Source: a virus
Lineage: Duplodnaviria > Caudoviricetes
IMG/VR virus record: IMGVR_UViG_3300037458_000195
Coordinates: 1 to 31,458 of that record
Length of the DNA: 31,458 bases
Strand: one strand, 5' to 3'
Each line of letters starts with the position of its first letter. Position 1 is the stretch's first letter. Under the pieces are notes generated by a model. The model was given only the letters and a program-made list of their open reading frames with translations, did not search any database and was not told the DNA's origin. Below, piece by piece: positions 17,701 to 26,989 of the stretch. Made by a program: the position numbers and the translations under genes.

Positions 17701-20700
17701 GACCCGTGACACTACGCCCGCTGAAGGCCAGCAAAGTCTGTTTGATCCTGCACCGCTAGAGCAAAAACAAGAAGCCACACGCGAGCGTATTGCCAAGCTG
17801 GAAAAACAGATCAGTGATCTGAAGGCAGGCAAGTTTCAGTCACTGAAAGAAGGTGTCTCTGCAGCCAAGCGCATCAGCGGGCTTGAAAAAGCCATTAAGA
17901 TTCTGCAGGACGACAAAAAGGCAGGTATCGACGCCGATGTGCGGGCTATGCGCAAGGAATACGCGCGGCTTCAAGGCGACCTTGGATTCTTCCGTGCCAC
18001 CGCTGCTAACTTTGAAAAGGCGCCGGAAGTCAGGGCGGGGCGCAAAGCTGTTGAACAAACTCGTGCTATCAAGGCCGCTTGGGATGCCATCGACGCACGC
18101 ACCGAGAAAGAACGTGTTGACCTGAAAAACCGGCTCGATGCTATAGACGCGCGGCTGAGTGATTTTGCTTGGATCAAGGAAGCACAAAAAGCTGGCCCTG
18201 TTGAACTGGACGAAACGCGTGAAGCAGAACGGGCCGCGCTACAAGCAGAACGGGCTGAAAAGGGTGCAGTTGTTACACCAACAAAAGGACCTAAGACTGC
18301 CGAAGAATTTGCGCGAGACAAAATCAAGCAGCAAGTCCAAGCGGTACGTAGGGCATACCAAGAAGCGGTTCTTCGTGCTCTCGGTAATCTGAAAAATCAG
18401 GCAATGACGCCTGAAATGCAGGCTAGACAAGCAGAAGCCGAAACGGCTGTACAAGGTGCCTTCACTTGGTTGCGGGAACTGACTGCACAGAAAGATGCAG
18501 CTAAACTTGAGCTAGATAGGCAGAAGCGCGAAGTCGCCAAGAAAGAAGCCGAGCTAGAAAATGAAGAAGGCGCGGAAGGATTGCGCCTTGTGCTGGCTGG
18601 TATGGTTCCTGGCATGAACCGCCTTGCCAAAGATCAGATCACTGTTCTTGAACAACGTATTGCGCTTGAAGAAGAACGCCTTGATGCAGCTTCTAAGACA
18701 TTGGAAGAAATCCGCGATCAGGTACGCGAGTCATGGAACGGCGCTAACCTCAACGCCGAAGCAGCTACAGACAAAACAGTTGCGTTTGAAAAGCTGAATC
18801 TCGATTACTACGCCAACCAGTTGCGTGAGCAAGGTTACGTCGTTGATGTAGAGAAGGGCACTGTCGAAACCGCACGCGGAACGCCAGCAACACAGCAGGC
18901 GGCAGAACTGCGCCGGCAGAAAGAAGCCCTGGCACAAGCCGAAGCTACGCAAACGAATTTCGCTGCGCAGGCAGATGCGATGCGCCCCCTGCAACAAGGT
19001 TTGGGGCTCCCTGGCACCCGGGTCAAGTCGAAGCGTGACCAGTATGGACGCGTGACCCGCGACATCGAGCGCATCCCCTCAATCACCGAGCAGGACGAAG
19101 CCATTCGGGCAGCGCGAGAAGAAGCCAAGGCACAGGCAGAGGAAGAACGTGCAGCCACCAAGGCGGTGAATGACGCTGCACGTGCGACGATCCAAACCGA
19201 GATTGATGGGCTGACAAAGCAAGCCGATGACAAGCGCGCTGAGATTCAAGCTACACCAAACAAGCGTGCACAGAAACCGCTTGAAAAGGAATTGCAGGCT
19301 ATCTTGTCACAGTTGGCTGCACGGAAACTGGCACTCGACAACGTAGGCAAGAAGCGCGTGTTCCGGCAGCAGCCAGTTATGCGTGAGCAGACTTCCGCGC
19401 CACTGAACATGCGCACGGGTACGCCCGAGAGTCGTGAAACTACGCTGAAGGCGCGTGCAGCCAATACCAAGAAGTTGACTGCCAAGGAAGAATCTGCGCT
19501 GGCTAAGGCACTGGCTAAGCAGAAAGCGCGCGATGAAGCGCCGATGGATTTTGAACCCGATGACGACATCTCGGGGTTTGGCACATCGCCGGATGTGTAC
19601 TTCTCTCGTGGCGGTGAACCTACGGGCACAACGATCAAAAATATCGTTGATGAACTAGACAAAGCATTGGGAGAAACAGGGCTGATTCGTGGGCGTGTTG
19701 AGGTTTTTGCGAGCCCGCCTGAAGGTGTGCCCGAAGATGCACGGGGTGCTGTTATTGACGGCAAAGCCTACCTTTACGCAAGCAACATCGAAAAAGGACA
19801 GGCGCTTGCTGTTTTGCTGCACGAAGTTGGCGCCCACCTTGGCTTTAAAAACCTTTTTAGCCCGCAACAATATGCACAGCTTGTTTCTCTAGTTCGTTCT
19901 TGGGCGGCAAAGAGAGACGGAAGCGTAGAAGCACGTATCGCTAAAGCGGCAATGTTGCGTGTAAAAGAAGTAAACACACCAAAAGCACAAATTGACGATG
20001 AGGTTCTTGCTTATGCAGTTGAGGAAGCTGTAAAAGCAGGCATCACTCCGGACACAGCCGCAGGCCCATTCCAGCGTTGGGTTCGTACTGTCGTGAATGC
20101 GCTCAAAAAAGCTCTAGATGTTTTTGGCATCACCCCAGACAAGCTGACTGCACAGCAACTTGTTGATATGGCATTTGGTGCGGCCAATCTTGAGTTGCGA
20201 GGGACTTGGCACGGTACTGGTAAAAAGTTTGATGCTTTTGACCATTCTTTCATGGGCACCGGAGAAGGCGCACAAGCTTTTGGGTGGGGCACTTATGTCG
20301 CGCAGAAATACGGCGTAGCTGAAACTTATAAAAAGCTGGCAGACAGAAAGATAGCAGAAGCAAAAAAATGGAATGAAACCTTTGGGGATGAAGCGTCACA
20401 GTTTACTATCGATGGTAAATCGCTAGAAGAATTTAATATTGAACATTCCGGTGAAATAGACCCCGAACATTTTGATGAGTCGAACGCTTTTGATGCTGCG
20501 TTGCTTGCGGCTAAAAAATTTAGTAAAACTTCTGCAACAAAAGAAGAAGCTTTTGTAAAAGGCATGGAAGATCATTTGGCAGTGATTAAGCGCCAAAAAG
20601 ACTATGCCCAGAATCGCCTTGCTGTATTGAAAGCACGTCCGCAAAACGCAACTGTCAAAAAAGACATTCGCTACAAACAAAGCAGCATCGATAGGATTGA

Positions 20701-23700
20701 TGTAGAAATCGGCGTACTAGAAGCGGCTCTCAAGAAGGCTAATACTATTGAATTCGTAGACTACGAACCGTCTACGATGGCGAGGGTTTTGCGCACTAGG
20801 CCCGACACAGATTTCATGGAATGGGATGTCGCTGAAGAAGATCAGTCGCAAACAGTTAAGCAAGGGATGGCAGATGCGCTTACTTCGCTTTCGGCTAAAG
20901 AACTTAAAAAGTTCAATACTGCCAAGAAAACTTTCAACACAGAAGACGGACACGGTTTCTATAAGTCTTTAGCACTTGCGCTAGAAGATCGAGCAATAAA
21001 AGAAATTGGCCCTGGTAAAACTACAGGCGAAATTATTGCTGCTGCGCAAAAACACGCGTCTTTGCTTCTTAATGAAAAAGGCATTGCAGGCACAAAATTC
21101 CTAGATAACCAATCTAGGTTTAAGCCTATCACGGATAAATCGACATTTAACTACGTTTTGTATTCTGACAAAGATGCAGAAATCGTGGGGCATGATTTTG
21201 GAAACACCAAAGGTGCAACTGCACCGCTTTTTTCTAAGCGCACCTACACATCCCCAGACATCGAAGAAGCTTCAAACACATTCATCGGACGCGACAAGGG
21301 AAAACTGGCGGCGATCCGTGAGGCAGCTACTGGCCTATCTATACGCACGCGATTTGTTGACAACTACGCAGCGCTGAAAGAAGCGCTTAAGCGTGGTGAT
21401 GCTACGTACGCTATTCAGGTCACGTACGATCTGATGAACTACGCACAGCGTAACCACATGGTGCAGCAGTCGGTGATGACCGGCCCGCCCGTGCGCATCA
21501 AAAGCAAGCACAAGGGCAAAGATGTGCGCATGGTTGAGGCGCAAGAAGGCCCGACGCTGCGGCGTGTGAGTGAGTTGTTGGCCGCTGTCAAGGACTTTGG
21601 CGACCATCAGGCTACATCAGATGCGTTTACTATGTATGCGCTGGCTAAGCGCGCTCAGACGCGTGGTTGGGATCGTGTGTTTGCGGATACATCATTCCCC
21701 ATCAACGCCTCACCGGAAACAATCCAGCGCATTCGTGCCGAGAATGCCAAGAAATCCAAAGCACGCGCACAGGCCGACGCATTGGTAGCCGATGAAAATT
21801 CACCGTTCCTGGCTGCGTACAAGGAATATCAGGATTGGAACAAGGGCATGCTGCAGTTCGCGCAGCAAGCCGGTGTCATCAAGGAAGAAGACTTCCGCAG
21901 GCTCGCTAGCGAAGCCAACTACACGCCGCTGTTCCGCAAGGACAAGCACGGAAATCTCGTGCTTGAAATTGACCAAGGGCGCGACATCACGGTCGGGCGC
22001 CTAGCTGACGAGCCGCATCTACAAAAACTGCTTGGCGGCAGTGGACAAGTGATGGATTTCTTCACTGCGTCCGTACGAAACGCATCCGTCTTGGTTGACG
22101 CTGCGTTGCACAATATCGCTTCGCGTGAGGCGGCATTGGCACTTGAGGCTATGGGTGCAGCACACCCGATATCTGAAAATGAGAAGAACGAAAACACTAT
22201 TGAGTTCCGCAAAGACGGGGACCTACAACGATTCGCGGTAGACACGTCGGACACTGCTGCAGCCGATATCCCGACCGATCTGCTGGTGAAGGGCTTTGCC
22301 GGTGTTCCAGCTAGTCTTCCCGGGTGGGTGCGCATGATGGGCGTTCCTGCACAACTCCTGCGCAAGACGGTGACACGCAACCCGTTGTACATGTTTCGGC
22401 AGCTTGTGCGCGACCCGTTGAGCGCTTGGCTAGCTACGGGCGCGGACATGAACCCGCTGACTGACACCCTAACCGAAGTGGGCAAGTCTCTTGCAAACAA
22501 GTCAGATAAGACGCTAGATCGTCGTGGTATCACGGGGGGCATGCTGTTCTCCGAAAATGACATGGACATCGAGCGCATTCAGAACGAGGCGAAGAAGGCG
22601 CCTGCTTGGTCCTGGGGTTACTGGATGGCGAAGCTTGACCACATGGCGATGGGCGCGGACGCTATCACGCGACGTAATGTGTACCAGGGGGCGTTAAGGG
22701 AAGGCGCCTCTGATATTCAAGCGACACTGGCAGCATACGAAGCGATGCCGTTTAGCAAGCGTGGGTCTTCGCCGTCAGTGCGTTCACTCAACCACATGGT
22801 GCCGTTCTTGAGCGCGGCAATCCAGGGTTGGGATGTGCTGTATCGCAGTGCGTTCACTAAAGATATGCCCCTGGCGGATCGAGTGAATATCCGCAACAAG
22901 CTGCTGGCGCGTGGTGCCATGATAGGTGCCATGACGATGATGTATGCTATGGCGATGGGGGATGATGACGTTTACAAGAACGCCAACACTGCGGAGCGTC
23001 TCAGTAACTGGTTTGTGAAAATTCCCGGTACAGACATCACGATCAAGCTGCCGACGCCGTTTGAGTATGGCATCTTGTTCAAGATGATCCCAGAAGCCAT
23101 TGTACGGACAATGTTTCAAGACAAGGACTTCGGTGACGAGATGCGTGCGGTGGGTGGTGCGCTATGGCAGATGGTGCCTAATGTTGTTCTCCCGCAAGGC
23201 GTTATCCCGCTTGTCGAAGCACAACAGAACACGTCGTTCTTCACCGGCAGGCCCATCGAGGGCAGGGCGCTTCAAGACATCGACATTGGGTTGCGGGCTG
23301 ACAGGAACACAAGCGAGTTGTCTAAACTGGCTGGATTCGATTTTGAGGCTTTTGGTACGCAGTGGGGCATTTCTCCCAAGATGCTTGAGCACGTGTTGGG
23401 TCAGTACACGGCGGGGCTGTATCCTGCCTTCGCTGCACTGATCGACAACATATTGCCTGCGCCGACAGTTGATAAGCCGGATCGCACTTTGGCTGAACTG
23501 CCACTGTTCAAAAGCGCGCTTCAACAAGAAGACGCTGGCGGTCAAGTCAATCGGCTATATGACAAGATCGACAAGTTCACGCGCTACAGTGAGACGTTCA
23601 AGAAGTTGACCGAGACTAATCCTGTCGAAGCGCAGGAGTACATGGCAGAGAACGCAGAGAACGTTGCCAAGGGCGCTATGGCAGCAAAGATGAAAGCGTC

Positions 23701-23833
23701 TATTGACAAGATCAGCAACGCCGAGAACGTGGTGCGCAATAGCACGATGACAGCAGCGCAGAAGAAAACGGCGCTCGACAACTTCAAACGTGTGAAGTCG
23801 AATCTGGCTAGCCAGTTCTCGGGCGCCCTCTAG
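14738..23833 (+). CDS. Large polyvalent ejected protein: coiled coils, zincin-like metallopeptidase, ART-like domain, LPD38-like C-terminus
   Basis: 3031-aa ORF. HEVGAH at 19820-19837 with downstream DEVLAY. WHGTG..FDAFD.SFMGTGEGAQAFGWGTY from 20207 and GIAGTKFLD...NYVLY near 21080-21165. KLPTPFEYG.LFK...N.SFFTGRPI...TSE.SK...ISP..LEH at about 23040-23400 fits LPD38. Confidence 0.85.
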   Translation: MSYNYPLPDGTVISVPDETPVSVAAQWARRDFPELYKQEKPTSSSGWNNVGSLISGVGNVVQVPGQLAGLAGLAAPDNALVKAGQGIKDYGQSLKSEERKEQELKIALAIQEAEKLGLSAEVTETLKQYASNPGVTLGMLVEQIPMLAATMGSGLGAQLGAKALVKGIGEVGLKRAGVAGAAGAGATMQGADVGAETYDRVYKAAVAKGFTPEAAHERALEEARKAALKAGAVSAATMAFLPGAEKALMGINPAKTALRGAGRTGLGESVQEAAEEGSGAYFANVGEQSVDPTVDTTRGVGSRATTGAILGGLMGGATGAYSGQQEARKLKTEARAVEDAESEAAASQEEEKKKQADAAKGTEQYLLELDGKFQERNKTLADLTARIKAYGKPDSTSAEALEKKQLEEQKRKLVKDTEPLKEEFVARRSEIERAKKDPQDFMMESLLAEPTVSAGSPTSLRAIREKIAAQQAEANKPPPTPEVEQAKKELAGIMAGLQNYANITGGNITAADVLEKLTPELVAAAQKHKLTLPGMDPASSALLIKTAAKDFEKAQKADLTATMQQRQADLAAQATTATQETDPLAMLKESMADQADFQNTGEQNFDYLDGVFEKALGESNETGPRKVALPEGVRPIHNASSILDRVDSLYAERDMADKDLDTASRSGNKEAAMAAAARREKANTTLLGLVDTTPVAGGIVQERKKQEGAMADVAFLIDDLAANRTLGSRNQEARGSASSTPETLRNQISKARQQYVQAVIQEAAITRAAFGKALTEREALQAAAEIQRVFNEWVTRAGALPKEMAEEERVKVPAQMRGTELVRGAEMEKFDPRPLAERRLGAYRAATEVFQDQINRIVAPLVSVREEGKRVEQPLRMQFAESEAAKTAEARGETAQTRGGELRRRREYVADLVDKALRERGMLPPVKRALEKAAANIDTGTTDITSDIEGQRFTAGLLDAAEQLARRVLDGQKEKTQNSKLVAQINEATRDTTPAEGQQSLFDPAPLEQKQEATRERIAKLEKQISDLKAGKFQSLKEGVSAAKRISGLEKAIKILQDDKKAGIDADVRAMRKEYARLQGDLGFFRATAANFEKAPEVRAGRKAVEQTRAIKAAWDAIDARTEKERVDLKNRLDAIDARLSDFAWIKEAQKAGPVELDETREAERAALQAERAEKGAVVTPTKGPKTAEEFARDKIKQQVQAVRRAYQEAVLRALGNLKNQAMTPEMQARQAEAETAVQGAFTWLRELTAQKDAAKLELDRQKREVAKKEAELENEEGAEGLRLVLAGMVPGMNRLAKDQITVLEQRIALEEERLDAASKTLEEIRDQVRESWNGANLNAEAATDKTVAFEKLNLDYYANQLREQGYVVDVEKGTVETARGTPATQQAAELRRQKEALAQAEATQTNFAAQADAMRPLQQGLGLPGTRVKSKRDQYGRVTRDIERIPSITEQDEAIRAAREEAKAQAEEERAATKAVNDAARATIQTEIDGLTKQADDKRAEIQATPNKRAQKPLEKELQAILSQLAARKLALDNVGKKRVFRQQPVMREQTSAPLNMRTGTPESRETTLKARAANTKKLTAKEESALAKALAKQKARDEAPMDFEPDDDISGFGTSPDVYFSRGGEPTGTTIKNIVDELDKALGETGLIRGRVEVFASPPEGVPEDARGAVIDGKAYLYASNIEKGQALAVLLHEVGAHLGFKNLFSPQQYAQLVSLVRSWAAKRDGSVEARIAKAAMLRVKEVNTPKAQIDDEVLAYAVEEAVKAGITPDTAAGPFQRWVRTVVNALKKALDVFGITPDKLTAQQLVDMAFGAANLELRGTWHGTGKKFDAFDHSFMGTGEGAQAFGWGTYVAQKYGVAETYKKLADRKIAEAKKWNETFGDEASQFTIDGKSLEEFNIEHSGEIDPEHFDESNAFDAALLAAKKFSKTSATKEEAFVKGMEDHLAVIKRQKDYAQNRLAVLKARPQNATVKKDIRYKQSSIDRIDVEIGVLEAALKKANTIEFVDYEPSTMARVLRTRPDTDFMEWDVAEEDQSQTVKQGMADALTSLSAKELKKFNTAKKTFNTEDGHGFYKSLALALEDRAIKEIGPGKTTGEIIAAAQKHASLLLNEKGIAGTKFLDNQSRFKPITDKSTFNYVLYSDKDAEIVGHDFGNTKGATAPLFSKRTYTSPDIEEASNTFIGRDKGKLAAIREAATGLSIRTRFVDNYAALKEALKRGDATYAIQVTYDLMNYAQRNHMVQQSVMTGPPVRIKSKHKGKDVRMVEAQEGPTLRRVSELLAAVKDFGDHQATSDAFTMYALAKRAQTRGWDRVFADTSFPINASPETIQRIRAENAKKSKARAQADALVADENSPFLAAYKEYQDWNKGMLQFAQQAGVIKEEDFRRLASEANYTPLFRKDKHGNLVLEIDQGRDITVGRLADEPHLQKLLGGSGQVMDFFTASVRNASVLVDAALHNIASREAALALEAMGAAHPISENEKNENTIEFRKDGDLQRFAVDTSDTAAADIPTDLLVKGFAGVPASLPGWVRMMGVPAQLLRKTVTRNPLYMFRQLVRDPLSAWLATGADMNPLTDTLTEVGKSLANKSDKTLDRRGITGGMLFSENDMDIERIQNEAKKAPAWSWGYWMAKLDHMAMGADAITRRNVYQGALREGASDIQATLAAYEAMPFSKRGSSPSVRSLNHMVPFLSAAIQGWDVLYRSAFTKDMPLADRVNIRNKLLARGAMIGAMTMMYAMAMGDDDVYKNANTAERLSNWFVKIPGTDITIKLPTPFEYGILFKMIPEAIVRTMFQDKDFGDEMRAVGGALWQMVPNVVLPQGVIPLVEAQQNTSFFTGRPIEGRALQDIDIGLRADRNTSELSKLAGFDFEAFGTQWGISPKMLEHVLGQYTAGLYPAFAALIDNILPAPTVDKPDRTLAELPLFKSALQQEDAGGQVNRLYDKIDKFTRYSETFKKLTETNPVEAQEYMAENAENVAKGAMAAKMKASIDKISNAENVVRNSTMTAAQKKTALDNFKRVKSNLASQFSGAL

Positions 23834-24032
23834 ACGCTTGCCTGTAGCAGAGCACACCGCTCATGCCCCTGTAGATACCCGAGCGGACTACAGGGGCATT
23901 TTTTCGGGGTTCATACCCCATTGATAGCAGATTTTTTTTCGCCGTTTCAGTATCTAGAGACGGTACAAAAAAAGATTCACCCTCCTGCAGCGTTTTCCAC
24001 GCGGCTGCGGCATCGATTTTTGTTTTTTGCAT
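23808..24032 (-). CDS. Small conserved-type phage protein, possibly DNA-binding
   Basis: The W..L..GESFFVP.L...G..GVLCYR pattern resembles small phage proteins that follow primase genes. ATG is 5 nt after the primase stop. Confidence 0.65.
   Translation of the reverse strand: MQKTKIDAAAAWKTLQEGESFFVPSLDTETAKKNLLSMGYEPRKNAPVVRSGIYRGMSGVLCYRQASRGRPRTG
23863..23905 (+). terminator. Rho-independent terminator of the late arm
   Basis: Perfect 12-bp stem ATGCCCCTGTAG (23863-23874) / CTACAGGGGCAT (23888-23899) running into a T-run, about 30 nt after the giant gene's stop. Confidence 0.8.
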
Positions 24033-24037
24033 GGTTG

Positions 24038-26920
24038 CTATGCAACCTTCTCCCCAAACAAATCTACTACCTTAGCAACGTCTTGCCTGACGTGCAGGCA
24101 CTTGACGCTCATGACCGGACCCTTCGTACCGTGCAGCAGGTTCTTGTGTATGCCTGACCTGAACAGCGTCTTCTCTGCAATCAGGTCGCGCTTAAATTCT
24201 GCGTAGCCATAACTCAACGATGAGCAGAACGCCTTGATTTCTTTTTCTTCAATATAATAGTCCACCAGCCCATCGGTAGCGTTGCGCTCAACGCGCCCAC
24301 ACAAGTCGCGCCGGTCTAGTGTCTCGGCAACCTCAATGCCAGAGATGCGCGCGATCTTGTCGTTGACCGTCACCAGCTTGCCGAAGTTACGCTTAGTGAA
24401 CTCATTCAGCACGTCAATAGCCGAGCGCTTCATCCGACCTGTCTCCAGGCGCATGTGTTTGATGACTTCGTAGAGATATGCAGCCACTTTACCGTACGGA
24501 ATGTCTATGACGTTGGCAGCGTGCTTGCTGGCAAGGCGGATTCCGGCGAGGATACAGGCACACCCGGCGATCCAGAACCGCTCATCACCCGTAGCGCCGA
24601 ACTTCTCAAATACTTCAGTGTACGTAGCCTTTGTAACCTGCCGCGCTACTTCTGGGTTAGCAGCCAGCCACCTAGCATACGCTTCACCCGCCACGCCGTA
24701 GTTCTCAGGCAGTGTGTCGAACAACAGCGATTTCGTCAGGGGATCAATATTCAGTTCTTTGTCAAACACAATCTCAACAAGGCGCCGCACTTCACCTTCA
24801 CTGCCGTGATTTCTCTCAGCGGTAAGATAGTCAAGCATGTGCTTGTTTGATGTCATCAGCGCCAATGTCGCCCACGTGGTCGTGTTCCGGCGCTCTGTGT
24901 TAGTCTGCGACTCCATGCGGTCCTTGCCGCGCCCGTCTGACATCTGAGAAAGAAACTCAGGGAACCACTCAGCCTCAGCACGCCCCTTGTGGGTAATCTC
25001 ATCGACCATCAGCGGCAGGCTACCTAGCATACCCAGACGGTTCACCATCGCTACAGGGCTCGTGTTGGGCGTGGTGCGGAATTTGTCGGGGATTCCCCAG
25101 ACGCTTGAAGCGAGGCGCTGGCAGAGGGTCTTCCCCTTCCCGCTGTCGTTCCCACAAAGATGAAAAGTAAGACCGTTGAGCCCGGTGAAGCGCATGAGAG
25201 GCGCCCCGAACGATATTGCCGTCATCGTCACAATATCCCACCGCTGCAGGCGCATGATACCGGCGATGACGAGGCGCCATCCATCGAGTGTTCCCCTCGT
25301 CCCTATAGTCTCATTGATGTTGTCGAAGCCATGCATGGGCACATCGTAGTCACCTGTCGTCGTGTACATGCGCCCGTTGAAAGCGAAGGAATCGTCTTCT
25401 TGCCAGCCTAGATTTGTAGGCATGATGCGGACAGGTTGTTTCTTCGCTTCTCCAATCGTTGCTTTAAGATATGCGCGAAACGAATTATCTTGTCCCGTAG
25501 GAACCATGATGCCTATTTTGGCAAATGCTTTGATGCTGTCATCGCGTGCGGTAGCTACAGCAAGCGGCATTACTGTTGATTTTTCTACGCCGTGTTCTAC
25601 AAAGTTAAACTGTACAAAACGCTCTCCTGCCCTATCGTATGTCACCTTCGCATAAAAGACCATATCTGCGATAATCTGTGCTTTAGATACTCCATCGGGA
25701 CCGCAAACCATAGCAGCAACGCCCCGAACATTGTACGCATAATCGTCTGGTGGGGGCGGGATTGTGTATGTCTCTCTCGGTACGTCTGCAAAAGGTATCT
25801 TTCCTTCTTGCTCAACAGCCACACTCGGTTGAAATACGCTGGACTGGACGACGATTGGTATGTTTTTAAGTTCTCTTCCAAGTGCGATAGGATTGTGTAT
25901 CTTACCAAAGTGTTTACATCCTCCGCAGATACCGGGGTTTGATGCATCAAACGTTGCACAGTTGTGTGGGCCTTTAATACCTCTGTACTTGTTGGATATT
26001 CTCTCATCGGTGTACGGATGTAGTCGTCCCAATTCAATAGCGCGTTGCTCACCTTCAATACAAAACTTGACGATTGAGATGACTGACCGGAAGAGGGGTT
26101 CGAGGCCATCTTTTGTAGGCTCTGCTAAATAGCTGTTGATTTGCAAGCAACCATCGGCGCCGAGCGCAACGATCTTGCTGAAGTTACCTTGGGAGATGTC
26201 TTGTAGTTCTGTTTTATACGATGCGCCGGATGATGCGTATGCTGGTGCGGCGTCGAGGATGTCGTCGGGGTCTTGTTTTACTTCAGATAGAACGGAGGCT
26301 TTTTCTTGCCAATCTGCGAGTAGCTCGGAATAGCGCTCAAACGGGTACGCTTCGCCTTGGGTTTTGACAACGACTGCACGTGGGGTGTCTCGTATTTTAT
26401 AGTTGCTTGTACCTGGGACTCGTAAAACTCGCGCAGCATCTGCACTGACACTGTAATCGATTGCCAGTCCACCGCTGGCACACGCTCGTTTAAATGCTTC
26501 CGCAACTGGTTTCCACCTGTGGATTGAAATAGCTTCTGTAAAGGTCCAATAGCAGTGTAGTCCATATCCAGAGACCGCCATATAGGGAACAGGGAATTGG
26601 CTTTTAGTAATCCACTCGCTAACTCCGATAATGGCTTCACGAATGGATTTATATGTCTTGGTATCCCCAACGTCCACATCTGCGAATAGACACCGGATGT
26701 TTTTGCTATTAGCAGCAGTACGACCAACTCTCTCCGTAAAAGTTGCCACTCCAAAATACGTGTCTTTTGCGTCTCCGTCAAAAGCTCTAGCTGCATCGTA
26801 TAGACTTTCTATAGATTCAACAAACTTGTGTTCCCGTCGTGGTGTCGTAAGCTCAACACAGCAGTAGTATCCATTGCCCGGTGGTGGTAGTACAGCGGAC
26901 AAAAACTCAGTTGTTTGCAT
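24038..26920 (-). CDS. DNA primase-helicase (RepB/AEP-like primase, Cys cluster, DUF927 / P-loop helicase)
   Basis: Primase motifs FADVD, SGYGLHCYW and D.ARVLRVPGT.N. Cys cluster C...CATF..C..C. LGW motif, Walker A GNDSGKGKT, Walker B LMVDE, GRGK.R. Confidence 0.88.
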   Translation of the reverse strand: MQTTEFLSAVLPPPGNGYYCCVELTTPRREHKFVESIESLYDAARAFDGDAKDTYFGVATFTERVGRTAANSKNIRCLFADVDVGDTKTYKSIREAIIGVSEWITKSQFPVPYMAVSGYGLHCYWTFTEAISIHRWKPVAEAFKRACASGGLAIDYSVSADAARVLRVPGTSNYKIRDTPRAVVVKTQGEAYPFERYSELLADWQEKASVLSEVKQDPDDILDAAPAYASSGASYKTELQDISQGNFSKIVALGADGCLQINSYLAEPTKDGLEPLFRSVISIVKFCIEGEQRAIELGRLHPYTDERISNKYRGIKGPHNCATFDASNPGICGGCKHFGKIHNPIALGRELKNIPIVVQSSVFQPSVAVEQEGKIPFADVPRETYTIPPPPDDYAYNVRGVAAMVCGPDGVSKAQIIADMVFYAKVTYDRAGERFVQFNFVEHGVEKSTVMPLAVATARDDSIKAFAKIGIMVPTGQDNSFRAYLKATIGEAKKQPVRIMPTNLGWQEDDSFAFNGRMYTTTGDYDVPMHGFDNINETIGTRGTLDGWRLVIAGIMRLQRWDIVTMTAISFGAPLMRFTGLNGLTFHLCGNDSGKGKTLCQRLASSVWGIPDKFRTTPNTSPVAMVNRLGMLGSLPLMVDEITHKGRAEAEWFPEFLSQMSDGRGKDRMESQTNTERRNTTTWATLALMTSNKHMLDYLTAERNHGSEGEVRRLVEIVFDKELNIDPLTKSLLFDTLPENYGVAGEAYARWLAANPEVARQVTKATYTEVFEKFGATGDERFWIAGCACILAGIRLASKHAANVIDIPYGKVAAYLYEVIKHMRLETGRMKRSAIDVLNEFTKRNFGKLVTVNDKIARISGIEVAETLDRRDLCGRVERNATDGLVDYYIEEKEIKAFCSSLSYGYAEFKRDLIAEKTLFRSGIHKNLLHGTKGPVMSVKCLHVRQDVAKVVDLFGEKVA

Positions 26921-26933
26921 GTTCTGTCTGTGT

Positions 26934-26970
26934 AAAGAAAAAGAGCGCTGAACAGGATATCCAGCGCTCT
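26934..26970 (-). terminator. Rho-independent terminator between the SSB-like and primase genes
   Basis: On the - strand, an AGAGCGCTG / CAGCGCTCT 9-bp stem (extendable by G-U and A-U) is followed by TTTTCTTT. Confidence 0.8.
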
Positions 26971-26989
26971 CTCAGGTCAGCCTACAAGA

